Shown: positions 26,987 to 36,696 of the stretch, in pieces | Layout of the letters: the number at the start of each line of letters is the position of its first letter | Position numbering within the stretch: the stretch's first letter is position 1 | Source: Candidatus Beckwithbacteria bacterium | GTDB lineage: Bacteria; Patescibacteriota; Microgenomatia; UBA1400; CG1-02-47-37 | Length of the DNA stretch: 55,519 bases | Assembly: GCA_043803225.1 (NCBI GenBank) | Contig: JAZDKF010000024.1 | Location: 1-55,519, forward strand | Direction of reading: 5' to 3' | Position numbers and translations under genes: made by a program | The notes under the pieces: generated by a model | What the model was told of the DNA's origin: nothing | Database searches by the model: none | The model's input: the letters and a program-made list of their open reading frames with translations, nothing else

Positions 26987-28742
26987 ATTTTACAGTGACG
27001 GATTTAGCGAGGTTACGGGGCTTGTCAGGATTTAAACCGCGGCTGATAGCTAAATCATAAGCCAAAAGTTGAGCAATAACGGTAATGGGAATAGCGGTGG
27101 CCTGCTTTAAATCAGGAACTTGAAGATGAAAATCAAAAACCGGATCAGCTTGAGGTGAGATACCGATAATCAGACCGCCCCGGGCTTTCATTTCATGAGC
27201 GCTGGAGATAATATCCGAGTAAGTTTCATCCAGGGGGGCGATGACGATACAGGGAGTGCCTTTATCAATTAAGGCAATCGGTCCGTGTTTTAATTCGCCG
27301 CTGGCATAGGCTTCAGCATGAATATAACTGACTTCTTTAATTTTAAGAGCAGTTTCCAGGGCAATTGGATAGGATAAAAGCTTACCGACAACAAAAATAT
27401 GTTCCTGATCTTTGATCAGCCGGGCCAGGGATTTAATTTTTTCCCGATCTTGGCCCAAACAGAGATTTAAACTGGCTTTGGCGGCTAAGCGGATCAGATT
27501 TTGCGCCTGAACCAATTGATGATTTAAGTTAAAACCCAGCTGTAAAAGGGTTGCCAGCTTGGCAGTAAAAGCTTTGGTCGAAGCCACGGCAACTTCCTGG
27601 CCGGCTTGAAGCAGAAGTTTAAAGTCAGATTTCCGGTAAAGAGTTGAACCTAAAACATTGGTGATGCCGATAATTTTTAAATGTTGCTTTTTAGCCAAAT
27701 TAACAGCTTCAACCACATCGATCGTCTCCCCGCTTTGAGACAAGAGAGTGAAAGTCTTATTTTTATGGAGCAGTCTTTGGTATTTTTTAAACTCAGAACC
27801 GATAATTGCTTCAGCTTCCAGGCCAAAAAGATTAAATAAGTACTGGCCGAAAAGGGCGGCATAGTAAGCCGTGCCGCAGCCCAAAAGATAGTTAGACTGA
27901 CTGGCTTGATATAGTTTAGTAATCTGATCAATTGAAGCCTGAGGCAGTTGAGAAAGATTAGTCAAGATTTTCGGCTGATCGAAAATTTCTTTTTCCATAT
28001 AGTGATGAAACTTGCCTAAACGGCTTTGTTCCGCCTGCCAATCCAAGGTCATAATCTTTAGTTTTAAAGCTTTGCCGGTTTTGATAGAAAATAACTTAAC
28101 TTTATCAGCCGTGATTTGTACCATTTGGTTATCTTCCAAAAAGATTATCCGGCTGGTATGGTCTAAAAGCGCCCAAACATCAGAGGCAATAAAGTTTTGG
28201 TTTTTTCCCAGGCCGATAATTAAGGGCGAGCCGTTTTTAACGGCAATTAACTGATCGGTTTTGGCAGAAATAACGATCAGGGCATTCATACCGTTTAGCT
28301 GATTGAAAGACTGCTGTACGGCCTGAAGCAAAGGTTGCTTTTTGGTCTTTTCTTCAATTAAATGAAGAGCAACTTCAGTATCGGTTTCCGATAAAAATTT
28401 ATGCTTTGCAATTAAAGTTTCTTTGATCGTGCGAAAGTTTTCGACGATGCCGTTATGAACCAAGGATAAAGTTTTGGTACAGTCCAGATGAGGATGGGCA
28501 TTACCGACAGTGACGCCGCCGTGAGTCGCCCAGCGGGTATGACCCAGGCCGATCGCCGAAACCGGCAGCTTGGTCTTGGCTTCACCGATCTTACCCACAT
28601 GGCGTTCCCGAACCAGGCGCTGGCCTTGTTTAACCGTAATTCCCCAGGAGTCATAACCGCGGTATTCAAGTTTTTTCAAGCCGGAGAGGACAGTTTGCGC
28701 TGCCTGTTTCTTATCACCGATAACGCCAAAAATTCCACACAT
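26985..28742 (-). CDS. glmS: Glutamine--fructose-6-phosphate aminotransferase
   Basis: MCGI, LEYRGYDS, GHTRWATHG, SQSGET, VASTKAF, ELKHGP, PRNLAKSVTV. Confidence 0.99.
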   Translation of the reverse strand: MCGIFGVIGDKKQAAQTVLSGLKKLEYRGYDSWGITVKQGQRLVRERHVGKIGEAKTKLPVSAIGLGHTRWATHGGVTVGNAHPHLDCTKTLSLVHNGIVENFRTIKETLIAKHKFLSETDTEVALHLIEEKTKKQPLLQAVQQSFNQLNGMNALIVISAKTDQLIAVKNGSPLIIGLGKNQNFIASDVWALLDHTSRIIFLEDNQMVQITADKVKLFSIKTGKALKLKIMTLDWQAEQSRLGKFHHYMEKEIFDQPKILTNLSQLPQASIDQITKLYQASQSNYLLGCGTAYYAALFGQYLFNLFGLEAEAIIGSEFKKYQRLLHKNKTFTLLSQSGETIDVVEAVNLAKKQHLKIIGITNVLGSTLYRKSDFKLLLQAGQEVAVASTKAFTAKLATLLQLGFNLNHQLVQAQNLIRLAAKASLNLCLGQDREKIKSLARLIKDQEHIFVVGKLLSYPIALETALKIKEVSYIHAEAYASGELKHGPIALIDKGTPCIVIAPLDETYSDIISSAHEMKARGGLIIGISPQADPVFDFHLQVPDLKQATAIPITVIAQLLAYDLAISRGLNPDKPRNLAKSVTVK

Positions 28743-28745
28743 AGT

Positions 28746-30065
28746 TTAATTAATTCTTTCTATTTTAGCACCGAGACTTAATAAACGACCGGAAAAATCT
28801 TCATAGCCGCGGTCAATGTGCTCTAGGCCGGTTAAAATTGTTAGACCCTTAGCAACTAAGCCGGCCAAAGCCAAGGTGGCGCCGGCGCGAATATCAGTGA
28901 CCTGAATTGATTGACCCTTAAGCGGAGTTGGACCGGAAATAACAATACCATGGAAGTTTTCCGGTTGATCGTCGGCAAGATTAAAGTTGTAAAAACTTTC
29001 CGGATTGGTTACCAGAGGCTGAAAATACTTAATCTTGGCGCCCATGGCTTGAAGCGAGGCAACAAACTGGAATCTGGAGGTAAAAACAGTTTCAATGATT
29101 TTAGATGTTCCTAAAGATTGCGTGGCTAAAATTGACCAAAGCGGCTGCCAGTCAGTCATAAAGCCCGGATGGGGCTTAGTGGTAATGTCAATTGCTTTTA
29201 AAGGCCGGTGATAAAAAAATCTGATGCCAAAGCGAGAATATTCAATCCCGGCACCAGTGGTTTGAAGTTTAGTTAAAAAAGCCGTCAGATCTTTTTCACG
29301 AGCATTTTCAATGACAATATCACCATGAGTGACTAAAGCGGCCACAGCGTAAGAAACCGCTTCATTACGGTCAGGCATGACTTGATAGATTACCGGTTTA
29401 AGACTTTTTACTCCGGTAATGACAATCTGTCTTCCCGGCTGGCGGGTAATCTTGGCACCCATCTGATTTAAAAATTCGATCAGGTCATTAACTTCGGGTT
29501 CAAGGGCGACATTTTTTAACACAGTTTTACCTGCAGCCAAAACTGCAGCCATAATCATAGTTTCGGTACCGGTATGGCTGGGTTTGGCAAAACTATATTC
29601 ACAGCCGACTAATTGATCGCAAGCAGCTTGAATCAAGTTGTTTTTAACCTTGATTTGGGCACCTAAAGCTCTTAAACCGTCAAAGTGGCGATCCAGCGGC
29701 CGCGAACCGATCTTGTCACCGCCAGGCAAAGGCACAATCGCCTTTTTGGTCCGGGCTAAAAGCGGTGCCAGAAACAAACTGGAAGCCCGGGAAGCCAAAC
29801 CTAAATTTTCCGGCACAATAGAAGTCGTTAACTTAGCGGCATTAATAAATAAAGTCCGCTCCCCGGCTGAATAAACTTGGGCGCCTAAACAACGGCTGAT
29901 CTGAGCCACCAAGTCAACATCGGCAATTTTAGAAAAGTTTAACAAACGGGTCTCATGGGGGCATAAAAGCGAAGCAACCATTAATTTAAAAGAAGCATTT
30001 TTAGCGCCGCCGAGCCGGACAACGCCTTTGAGCGGACTGCCGCCCTGAATAATTAGCTTAGCCAT
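28746..30065 (-). CDS. murA: UDP-GlcNAc 1-carboxyvinyltransferase
   Basis: GAKNA, RAS, LPGGDKIGSRP, EPEV, PGFMTD.Q, DIRAGA, HIDRGYE. Confidence 0.98.
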   Translation of the reverse strand: MAKLIIQGGSPLKGVVRLGGAKNASFKLMVASLLCPHETRLLNFSKIADVDLVAQISRCLGAQVYSAGERTLFINAAKLTTSIVPENLGLASRASSLFLAPLLARTKKAIVPLPGGDKIGSRPLDRHFDGLRALGAQIKVKNNLIQAACDQLVGCEYSFAKPSHTGTETMIMAAVLAAGKTVLKNVALEPEVNDLIEFLNQMGAKITRQPGRQIVITGVKSLKPVIYQVMPDRNEAVSYAVAALVTHGDIVIENAREKDLTAFLTKLQTTGAGIEYSRFGIRFFYHRPLKAIDITTKPHPGFMTDWQPLWSILATQSLGTSKIIETVFTSRFQFVASLQAMGAKIKYFQPLVTNPESFYNFNLADDQPENFHGIVISGPTPLKGQSIQVTDIRAGATLALAGLVAKGLTILTGLEHIDRGYEDFSGRLLSLGAKIERIN

Positions 30066-30067
30066 AT

Positions 30068-30853
30068 TTAAAAACCCAGCAGGATAATTTCTAAGTCAAG
30101 CTTTAAGTTTAGCTTATTTTTGGCTTGTTGTTGAATCAAGCGAATTAATTGCAGGACTTCACTGGCCGTAGCCCCATTCAAATTTTCGATAAAGTTGGCA
30201 TGAGCCGGAGAGATCCTGGCCTGGCCAATCCGGGTATTTTTTAATTTTAACTGCTGATCGATAATTTTACCGGCGGATTGACCGGGGGGATTACGAAAAA
30301 TACAACCGGAAGAACGCTGGGGCTGATGGCTTTTTGAAGCTTGGATTTTCTTAGCCAAAGCCAGGGCGGCAACCGGATCGCCGGCCTGAAGCTGTAAGGT
30401 AACCGAGAGAATAACCTGATGATACTTTCTCACTTTAACGATAAAATCCTGCCAGTTTTTACCAACGCCGTGCATTTTAACTGCGGTAGCGCCGCCAACA
30501 GTTGCTGGAATACCGCTGAAAACTTCCAAACCGGTTAAACCTTGGTTAATTAAAGAAAAGATGGCTTTGGGAAGGAAGACGCCGCTGTCCAGCTCGACTT
30601 GATGGTTAGCTAAAGGCCTAATTTTTGAGGTGGAGTTTTTAATCACTAACCCTTTGATGCCATTATCGCTGATTAAGACATTACTGCCTGAGCCTAAAAT
30701 TATAAATGGAATCTCAAGTTTTTCAGCCAGTTTAACCGCCTGCAGCAGCTGAGCAGTAGTTTTTGCCTCAAAAAAATACTCGGCCGAACCGCCGATTTGA
30801 AAAGTGGTGTGGTTTTTTAATAGTTCGTTAGGAGTAAAGTCAGACAGTTTCAT
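30068..30853 (-). CDS. murB: UDP-MurNAc dehydrogenase (compact)
   Basis: TTF.IGG.A, LGSGSNVL, GLE..SGIP.TVGG, QP..SSGCIFRNP, HANFI.N. Confidence 0.95.
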   Translation of the reverse strand: MKLSDFTPNELLKNHTTFQIGGSAEYFFEAKTTAQLLQAVKLAEKLEIPFIILGSGSNVLISDNGIKGLVIKNSTSKIRPLANHQVELDSGVFLPKAIFSLINQGLTGLEVFSGIPATVGGATAVKMHGVGKNWQDFIVKVRKYHQVILSVTLQLQAGDPVAALALAKKIQASKSHQPQRSSGCIFRNPPGQSAGKIIDQQLKLKNTRIGQARISPAHANFIENLNGATASEVLQLIRLIQQQAKNKLNLKLDLEIILLGF

Positions 30854-32268
30854 CGGTTTTGTAATAATTTTATAATCTCTTTATGCCAGAGCCAATTATC
30901 GCCGGCACCAACAGTAAAAATAACATCGCCGGTTAAAATATGTTTAGAGAGATAATTTAAAGTGGTTGCTTTATCCGGGGCATAAATGGCCTGAGGGTGG
31001 TGAGCTTGAAGGCTTTGAGTAAAACTCTTACCGGTTAAACCTAAATTATCAGTTTCCCGGGCAGAAGCAAAGATATCATTAATTAAAACCACATCGGCTT
31101 GAGTAAAACAGCGGTTGAATTCCGGGAGCAAAGCTTTGGTGCGGGAATAGGTATGGGATTGAAAGATAATAATCAAGCGGCGTTGAGGCAGCCAGGCCTT
31201 GGCCGCTTCTAACAGCGCTTTGATTTCACTGGGATGGTGGGCATAATCATCGTAAAGAGCAATTTTTTTTATTTCAGCAATAAACTCAAACCGGCGCCTG
31301 GCGCCGAAAAATTTTCTCAAACCGGCATAAATTCTCGCCTGACTGACGCCCAAATGATGGCAGGCGACAATAGCGGCAACGGCATTCAAGGCATTAAATT
31401 CACCCGGAACATTTAAAATTAAATCCGGCCAATGGATATTTTGGTACTTTAATTTAATAAACTGCTTTTGATCGGCAATATGAGTTGATACAATCTGCCA
31501 GTCAGCTTGGGGAGAAAAACCATAGGTCATTACCGGCTTGGGAACAGTTTTCAACCAATCACGACAGCGGGGATTATCAAAGTTAACTACCACGACTCCG
31601 GCTTGAGGAACCGGTTTAATAAAAGCAGAAAAACTGTCAAAGATTGCCTGAAGATTCGGATAAACGTCCGGATGATCATATTCCAAGTTGGTAATCACGG
31701 CCACATAGGGTTTTAAATAATGAAACCGGGGAGTCAGGTTAGAAACCGGGTCAGTGACATATTCGTCAGCTTCGGCGACAAAATAGCGGCTGGAGCGATG
31801 ATACGCGCCCGGAGTATTTAAACCAAGAATGTTGCCGACGCCGACAGCATAAGCCGGATGAAATCCGGCTGAGTTTAAAACAGTTGCAATCATGGCTGAA
31901 GTGCTGGTTTTGCCGCCGACTCCGGCGACTGCAATCAGCGGCAGACCTTCAGCAAACAGAGCCAAAGCTTGGGCATGAGCTAAAACCGGAATATTTTGGC
32001 TTATCGCCGACTGAACTTCCGGGTTCGTCTGGCCCTGATGGGCGCCGGTATAAATTACCAGATCACAGTTTTTAGGCAAGTGTTTGGGGTCAAAACCAAG
32101 TTTAACTTTAAGCTTTTGTTTTTTTAAAATTTTATCGGTGGGGAAAATATCAGCCAGATCACTACCGCTGACTTTTTTACCTAAATCCTGGGCGCAGAGA
32201 GCCAAAGCCGTCATCCCGACGCCTTTAATACCGGTAAAATGAATCGATTTAATCTTTTTTAAATTCAC
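30850..32268 (-). CDS. murC: UDP-MurNAc--L-Ala ligase
   Basis: GIKGVGM, GSD, GKTST, EADEY, DHPD, RRFE, DDYAHHP.E, FQ.HTYSRT, GAGD. Confidence 0.97.
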   Translation of the reverse strand: MNLKKIKSIHFTGIKGVGMTALALCAQDLGKKVSGSDLADIFPTDKILKKQKLKVKLGFDPKHLPKNCDLVIYTGAHQGQTNPEVQSAISQNIPVLAHAQALALFAEGLPLIAVAGVGGKTSTSAMIATVLNSAGFHPAYAVGVGNILGLNTPGAYHRSSRYFVAEADEYVTDPVSNLTPRFHYLKPYVAVITNLEYDHPDVYPNLQAIFDSFSAFIKPVPQAGVVVVNFDNPRCRDWLKTVPKPVMTYGFSPQADWQIVSTHIADQKQFIKLKYQNIHWPDLILNVPGEFNALNAVAAIVACHHLGVSQARIYAGLRKFFGARRRFEFIAEIKKIALYDDYAHHPSEIKALLEAAKAWLPQRRLIIIFQSHTYSRTKALLPEFNRCFTQADVVLINDIFASARETDNLGLTGKSFTQSLQAHHPQAIYAPDKATTLNYLSKHILTGDVIFTVGAGDNWLWHKEIIKLLQNR

Positions 32269-33424
32269 CTGCCTCCAAAGATTTGGCTAAAACCAGACCG
32301 CTGCCAACAATTGCCTTGGAACCGATAGTCACTCCGGGCATAACCGAAACATTAACTCCCAGCTGAGCCAAAGCCGCCATAAGACAGCCAAGTTTATTCC
32401 GGCCGGGTTGGATATCTTGATGGTCAAATCTTAAATTAGCCAAAGTCGCCCCGGCGCCGAGGTTAGAACCGGTTTCAATAATTGAATCGCCGACATAATT
32501 AGAATGAAAGTTATTGTAGGGGCCAACATAGCTCCGGGCAATTTCGGTTTTATAGCCAACGACTGTGCCGGTTTCGATAAGGGAATTTCTTATCAGCACA
32601 TGATCGCCGATCACCACGTTTTTGCCTAAAAAGACCGGACCTTTAATGACCGCATAAGGCATGATTTTTACCCCGGCTTCGATCTGAACCGGACCTTCAA
32701 TCACGGCAGTCCGATGAATCTTGGCTGAGGAGTGAATTTGAGGTTTTAAACCATGAGTTAAGATTATTTCGGTTAAATCCAGAATCTGCCAAGGTGTTTT
32801 TAAGGGTTGAAAGTAACCGACGGCTTTAACCAATTTAGCCGGTTGGGTTTTCAAGAGCCGGTTCAAAGCCACTTCATAAACATCGTCTTGGGCTGACTGA
32901 GTAGTTTCCAGCAGGTCAATAAAGACTTTAATATCAGGAAAGTAGTGTAAAACCAGAGTAGCATAATCGCTGGGTCGTTCAGCTTCTTTTGGTTTTTCAA
33001 TGATACCGGTGATTTTATCTTCTTCAAGTTGAAAGTAACCGGCGGGTAAAAGAGTTTTGGTTTTCTGACCAGTGAGCCAAATTGACTGAGGATCGGATTT
33101 AATTGCCTGGCCAAAGGCAGTATAGATTTTGGGATCGATCAAGTCATCTCCGTTAACAATCACCACTGGACCGGAGAGCTTAGTCTTGGCAGTTAAAACC
33201 GCATCAGCCATACCCAGAGGCTGAGTTTGAACTAAATGAGGCGAAGAAATTAAAGCAGCATTAGCGGGGTTGGCAATAATTAGCTGGGATTTTATCCCGA
33301 TCGACTTTAAGCCGCTGACTACCCGATCCAATAAAGTCTGGCCGCAAAAGGGAATAAACGGTTTGGAGGTAATAATCGGTTTGATCCGTTTGCCTTCTCC
33401 GGCGGTTAAAATTAATGCCTGCAT
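32249..33424 (-). CDS. glmU: Bifunctional sugar-1-phosphate nucleotidyltransferase/acetyltransferase (GlmU-like, archaeal type)
   Basis: LILTAGEGKR..P, Q..PLG.A.A, NGDD, EKP, hexapeptide repeats, YVGDS, GAG...ANLRFD. Confidence 0.8.
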   Translation of the reverse strand: MQALILTAGEGKRIKPIITSKPFIPFCGQTLLDRVVSGLKSIGIKSQLIIANPANAALISSPHLVQTQPLGMADAVLTAKTKLSGPVVIVNGDDLIDPKIYTAFGQAIKSDPQSIWLTGQKTKTLLPAGYFQLEEDKITGIIEKPKEAERPSDYATLVLHYFPDIKVFIDLLETTQSAQDDVYEVALNRLLKTQPAKLVKAVGYFQPLKTPWQILDLTEIILTHGLKPQIHSSAKIHRTAVIEGPVQIEAGVKIMPYAVIKGPVFLGKNVVIGDHVLIRNSLIETGTVVGYKTEIARSYVGPYNNFHSNYVGDSIIETGSNLGAGATLANLRFDHQDIQPGRNKLGCLMAALAQLGVNVSVMPGVTIGSKAIVGSGLVLAKSLEAGEFKKD

Positions 33425-34488
33425 AACTTTAAGGCCTTTCTGACTGCCTGATGTTCAGACCAGTCAGTTTCTATTGTACCAAAGCACATTGATTTTTCAT
33501 GAGCTTTACCGAATAATACCACGGTGTCGCCTGACCGGGCCAGTTTGAGACTTAAATTAATTGCCTGCTGGCGGTCAGGTTTAATTAACAGCTGATTGTT
33601 TAGTTGTTTTTTCCAGCCGGATTTAATTTCTTTAATTATCTGGTTAACGTCTTCGGTCCGGGGATCTTCGGCGGTTAAAATAGTAATGTCAGCCAAACGG
33701 GAAGAGATCTCTCCCATTATCGGCCGTTTGGCAGTGTCCCGAAGACCGGCACAGCCAAAAACACTGATTAAACGATTTTTAGTTTGAGATCTTAAGGCCA
33801 CCAGCGCTTTTTCCAAAGCATCGGGTTTATGGGCAAAATCAATGACGATCCTAAACGGTTTTGATTGAATCACTTCCATCCGGCCGGGAACACCGGGAAA
33901 AGATTTAACCGCCCTGTCAATCGCCGACTGCTTGATGCCGAGTTTCAGGGCAATAGCGCTGGCGGCATTGAGATTGGCTTGTGGGAAATCCTCAGCCGAG
34001 GCAAAACTGACTTTAATTTCAGATAGCTTTAATAACTTTAGCTTGGCTCGACGGTAATTGGCAAAGGTCTGATGGTAATCCAGATGTTCGTGGGTGATAT
34101 TGGTAATCAAACCATAAGCAAACTTAATCCCCCAATTGCGATACTGATCTAAGCCGTGAGACGTGACTTCCAAAACCACGTGGGTATAGCCGGCTTTTAG
34201 GTTTTGGTTTAATAATTTCTGGAGAGCAAACGGTTCGGGATTGGTGACGTGCAGGCCGGGAACAGAAACCGTGGAGAGTAAAGCCGCCTTAAAACCATTA
34301 GCTTTTAAAATATGGTGCAATAGATGGCAAACACTGGTCTTGCCCGAGGTGCCGGTAATGCCGATAACCGTTAGTTTCCTACCGGGAAAGTTATAGATTA
34401 GATTTGCCAAAATTGCCTGAGGCAAGTGCCAGAACAAGTTCACCCAGGTTTGGGGAAGAATCGATCTAAGCTTAGCTTTTAAAGGCAT
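33412..34488 (-). CDS. murE: MurE ligase (short form)
   Basis: GITGTSGKT, LEVTSHGLDQ.R, TNITHEHLDYH, GRME, IDFAH.PDAL, FGCAG.RD..KR..MG, EDPR, GK.HE. Confidence 0.93.
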   Translation of the reverse strand: MPLKAKLRSILPQTWVNLFWHLPQAILANLIYNFPGRKLTVIGITGTSGKTSVCHLLHHILKANGFKAALLSTVSVPGLHVTNPEPFALQKLLNQNLKAGYTHVVLEVTSHGLDQYRNWGIKFAYGLITNITHEHLDYHQTFANYRRAKLKLLKLSEIKVSFASAEDFPQANLNAASAIALKLGIKQSAIDRAVKSFPGVPGRMEVIQSKPFRIVIDFAHKPDALEKALVALRSQTKNRLISVFGCAGLRDTAKRPIMGEISSRLADITILTAEDPRTEDVNQIIKEIKSGWKKQLNNQLLIKPDRQQAINLSLKLARSGDTVVLFGKAHEKSMCFGTIETDWSEHQAVRKALKLCRH

Positions 34489-34494
34489 TGCTCT

Positions 34495-34503
34495 ATTTTA
34501 CCA
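34495..34503 (-). promoter_or_regulatory. Extended -10 promoter (TGgTAAAAT), leaderless murE
   Basis: TGGTAAAAT ends 6 nt before the murE ATG. Confidence 0.6.
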
Positions 34504-34526
34504 TCTGGGATCAATGTTTTGTCTAA

Positions 34527-34549
34527 CCTACGAGGAGAGTCCTTGTAGG
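34527..34549. repeat. REP-like palindrome R5 CCTACGAGGAG-A-GTCCTTGTAGG
   Basis: Reverse complement differs from R1 at only 2 of 23 nt; lies in the ftsI-murE gap; stem extendable via TCTAAC/GTTAGA. Confidence 0.9.
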
Positions 34550-34612
34550 GTAGTTAGAACTTACGCTTGATTCAATTAATGACGGCTTGCTGAACTGAAG
34601 TCATAGGTAAAA

Positions 34613-36370
34613 CTAATAATTATCAGGGAGGATGTTAAAGTGGTTTAAAAGATCCTGGGCAAGGGAAAACCAGAGAGGGGCAGCGGTTTCGGAAGCCCAG
34701 GGCGAGGTTTGCGGCTCTTTTAACGTCACCAGCATGGCAAACTTGGGATTATCAGCCGGAGCAAAACCAATAAAGGAAGCATTGGTTTTTTCCCTCGCGT
34801 ACTGGCCGCCGACGGCAACTTGAGCCGTCCCGGTTTTGCCGGCAATCCGGTAGCCTTTGACATTGGCCCATTTGGCTTCACCGGTTTTGGCAGCGGCCAC
34901 CATCATTTCCGTAACCAACTCGGCAGTTTCTGGCGAGATTACCCGATGTTTTATTTTTGGAGGAATTAAGAGAATTTTATCAGCGCTGATGACTTTATCC
35001 ACAACTTTAGGAGTAACTAGTTCTCCCCCATTAGCAATGGCGGAAACAGCCTGCAGCAGCTGCAGGCTGGTAACGACAAAACCCTGGCCAAAACTAGCGG
35101 TGGCCAAATCAACATAAGTCCAGTCTTTATCGGCTTTGGCCTCAGGCGTGCTTTCATCCTGTAGATCGATTCCGGTACTCTCAGTAAAGCCAAAACGGTG
35201 AAAATAGTCTAAATACTTATCTAGTCCAAGTTTTTGACCAACAAAGACCATACCGACGTTATCGGAATTAACCAAAATGTCAGTTATTCCGGAGTTAGGC
35301 CGGTATTTATCATCCCAAGTGTTAATGGTGTATTTGTCGATCTTAACCGGACCAGCGCAGATATCGCAGATAGTGTCAGACTTAATCGCTTTTTCTTCCA
35401 AAGCCGCAGCCATGACAAAAACTTTAAAGATTGAACCGGGTTCAAAAGCGGCGGAAATAACCGGGTTGAGGTAAAGACTGGGGTCATAGCGGGTAAACTC
35501 AGCCGGATCATAACCAGGCAGGGAACTCATAGCCAGAATAGCACCGGTGTAGGGATCCATGATGGCGACTGATCCGGCTTTGGCACCGTAACGATCCAAA
35601 GCTGATGCCAGTTTCTTTTCAACTAAAAATTGCAGGCTTTTATTCAAATGCAATTGAAGCTGGCGGCCGTCTTTTTGATTTTGTTTTTGGAACCAGCCGG
35701 TTAAAATCGGCTGGTTAAAAGCATCTTTTTCCTGGACAATCAGTCCTGGCCGTCCGGCCAATTCAGACTGATAAAAACCTTCCAAGCCATATAAACCGAC
35801 ATCATTCCCCTGTTCGTTTGAACCGACAAAGCCAACCAGATGGGCGGCCATCGAGGCTTCCGGATAGAGTCTAACCTGTTCTTCTTCAAAAAAAAGATTG
35901 CTGATATTCAAAGCTTCCAGTTGCCAGCGAAGTGGCAGGGTCAGTTTTCGGGCTAAAGGAATCCAGGTTAAACGAAAGTCGTCAAAACGGTTTTGGAGCA
36001 CGGTTTGAGCCTGAACAATCAGCTGTTTCTGCTCGGCTGAAGACAGTAAAGCTGAAGGAGTCGCCGATAAAGTCACCTGGTTATAGATAATCGGAGCCAG
36101 ACGGCTGGCTAAATCTGGTACCAGCGGCTGGTTTTGACGGTTTAAATAACTAAAGTAAGCGGGTTGGTTGGCAACTATAAAACTATTGTCAGCCGCCAGA
36201 ATTTCGCCTCTTTTTGCCGGTAGTTCCAAACTGGTTTGCTGCTGAGTTTGGGCTAAAACGGCCAGACTGGCACCGGCCAAAATCTGCCAATAGAACAAGC
36301 GGCTGATAATAATCAGGAAGATAAAGGCAAAGAAAAAACTAAGTAGATTTAAACGCCAATTGGAGTTCAT
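34613..36370 (-). CDS. ftsI: Class B penicillin-binding protein FtsI/PBP3
   Basis: TM anchor, RG.I, R.YP, G..GLE, EPGSIFK (SxxK), SDN (SxN), KTGTAQ. Confidence 0.95.
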   Translation of the reverse strand: MNSNWRLNLLSFFFAFIFLIIISRLFYWQILAGASLAVLAQTQQQTSLELPAKRGEILAADNSFIVANQPAYFSYLNRQNQPLVPDLASRLAPIIYNQVTLSATPSALLSSAEQKQLIVQAQTVLQNRFDDFRLTWIPLARKLTLPLRWQLEALNISNLFFEEEQVRLYPEASMAAHLVGFVGSNEQGNDVGLYGLEGFYQSELAGRPGLIVQEKDAFNQPILTGWFQKQNQKDGRQLQLHLNKSLQFLVEKKLASALDRYGAKAGSVAIMDPYTGAILAMSSLPGYDPAEFTRYDPSLYLNPVISAAFEPGSIFKVFVMAAALEEKAIKSDTICDICAGPVKIDKYTINTWDDKYRPNSGITDILVNSDNVGMVFVGQKLGLDKYLDYFHRFGFTESTGIDLQDESTPEAKADKDWTYVDLATASFGQGFVVTSLQLLQAVSAIANGGELVTPKVVDKVISADKILLIPPKIKHRVISPETAELVTEMMVAAAKTGEAKWANVKGYRIAGKTGTAQVAVGGQYAREKTNASFIGFAPADNPKFAMLVTLKEPQTSPWASETAAPLWFSLAQDLLNHFNILPDNY

Positions 36371-36696
36371 GGCCGCGACTGGGCGACTGTTTGAGGTTGA
36401 GTAATGTACTTAATCTGAGGTTTATCAGTAAAGCCTTGGTTTAAAGCCTGATCCTGGAGTTCATGTAAACCGCCGGTTTTAATGGCCAACTGGCTTTTTA
36501 ACTGCAGGTTTTGCTGACGAATTAAGTTTGTTTGCTGTTTAATGGCTTCTAAGTTTTGGCCTAAAGTAGCAGTTTGATTAGCAGCGACGATTTTTATTAA
36601 GGTCAAAATTAAAACAAGGCTGATTGAACCAACCAAACAAAGCCGGCATTTGCGGCTGATAGTAACATTTACTTGTTTAATTTGAGCTTTAGTCAT
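36367..36696 (-). CDS. ftsL: FtsL-like cell division protein
   Basis: Short cytoplasmic N-terminus, TM, coiled coil, A...G; canonical position between rsmH and ftsI. Confidence 0.7.
   Translation of the reverse strand: MTKAQIKQVNVTISRKCRLCLVGSISLVLILTLIKIVAANQTATLGQNLEAIKQQTNLIRQQNLQLKSQLAIKTGGLHELQDQALNQGFTDKPQIKYITQPQTVAQSRP

Noticed and set aside
28743-28800. glmS ribozyme
   Set aside because: glmS starts 3 nt after the murA stop, leaving no leader for one.
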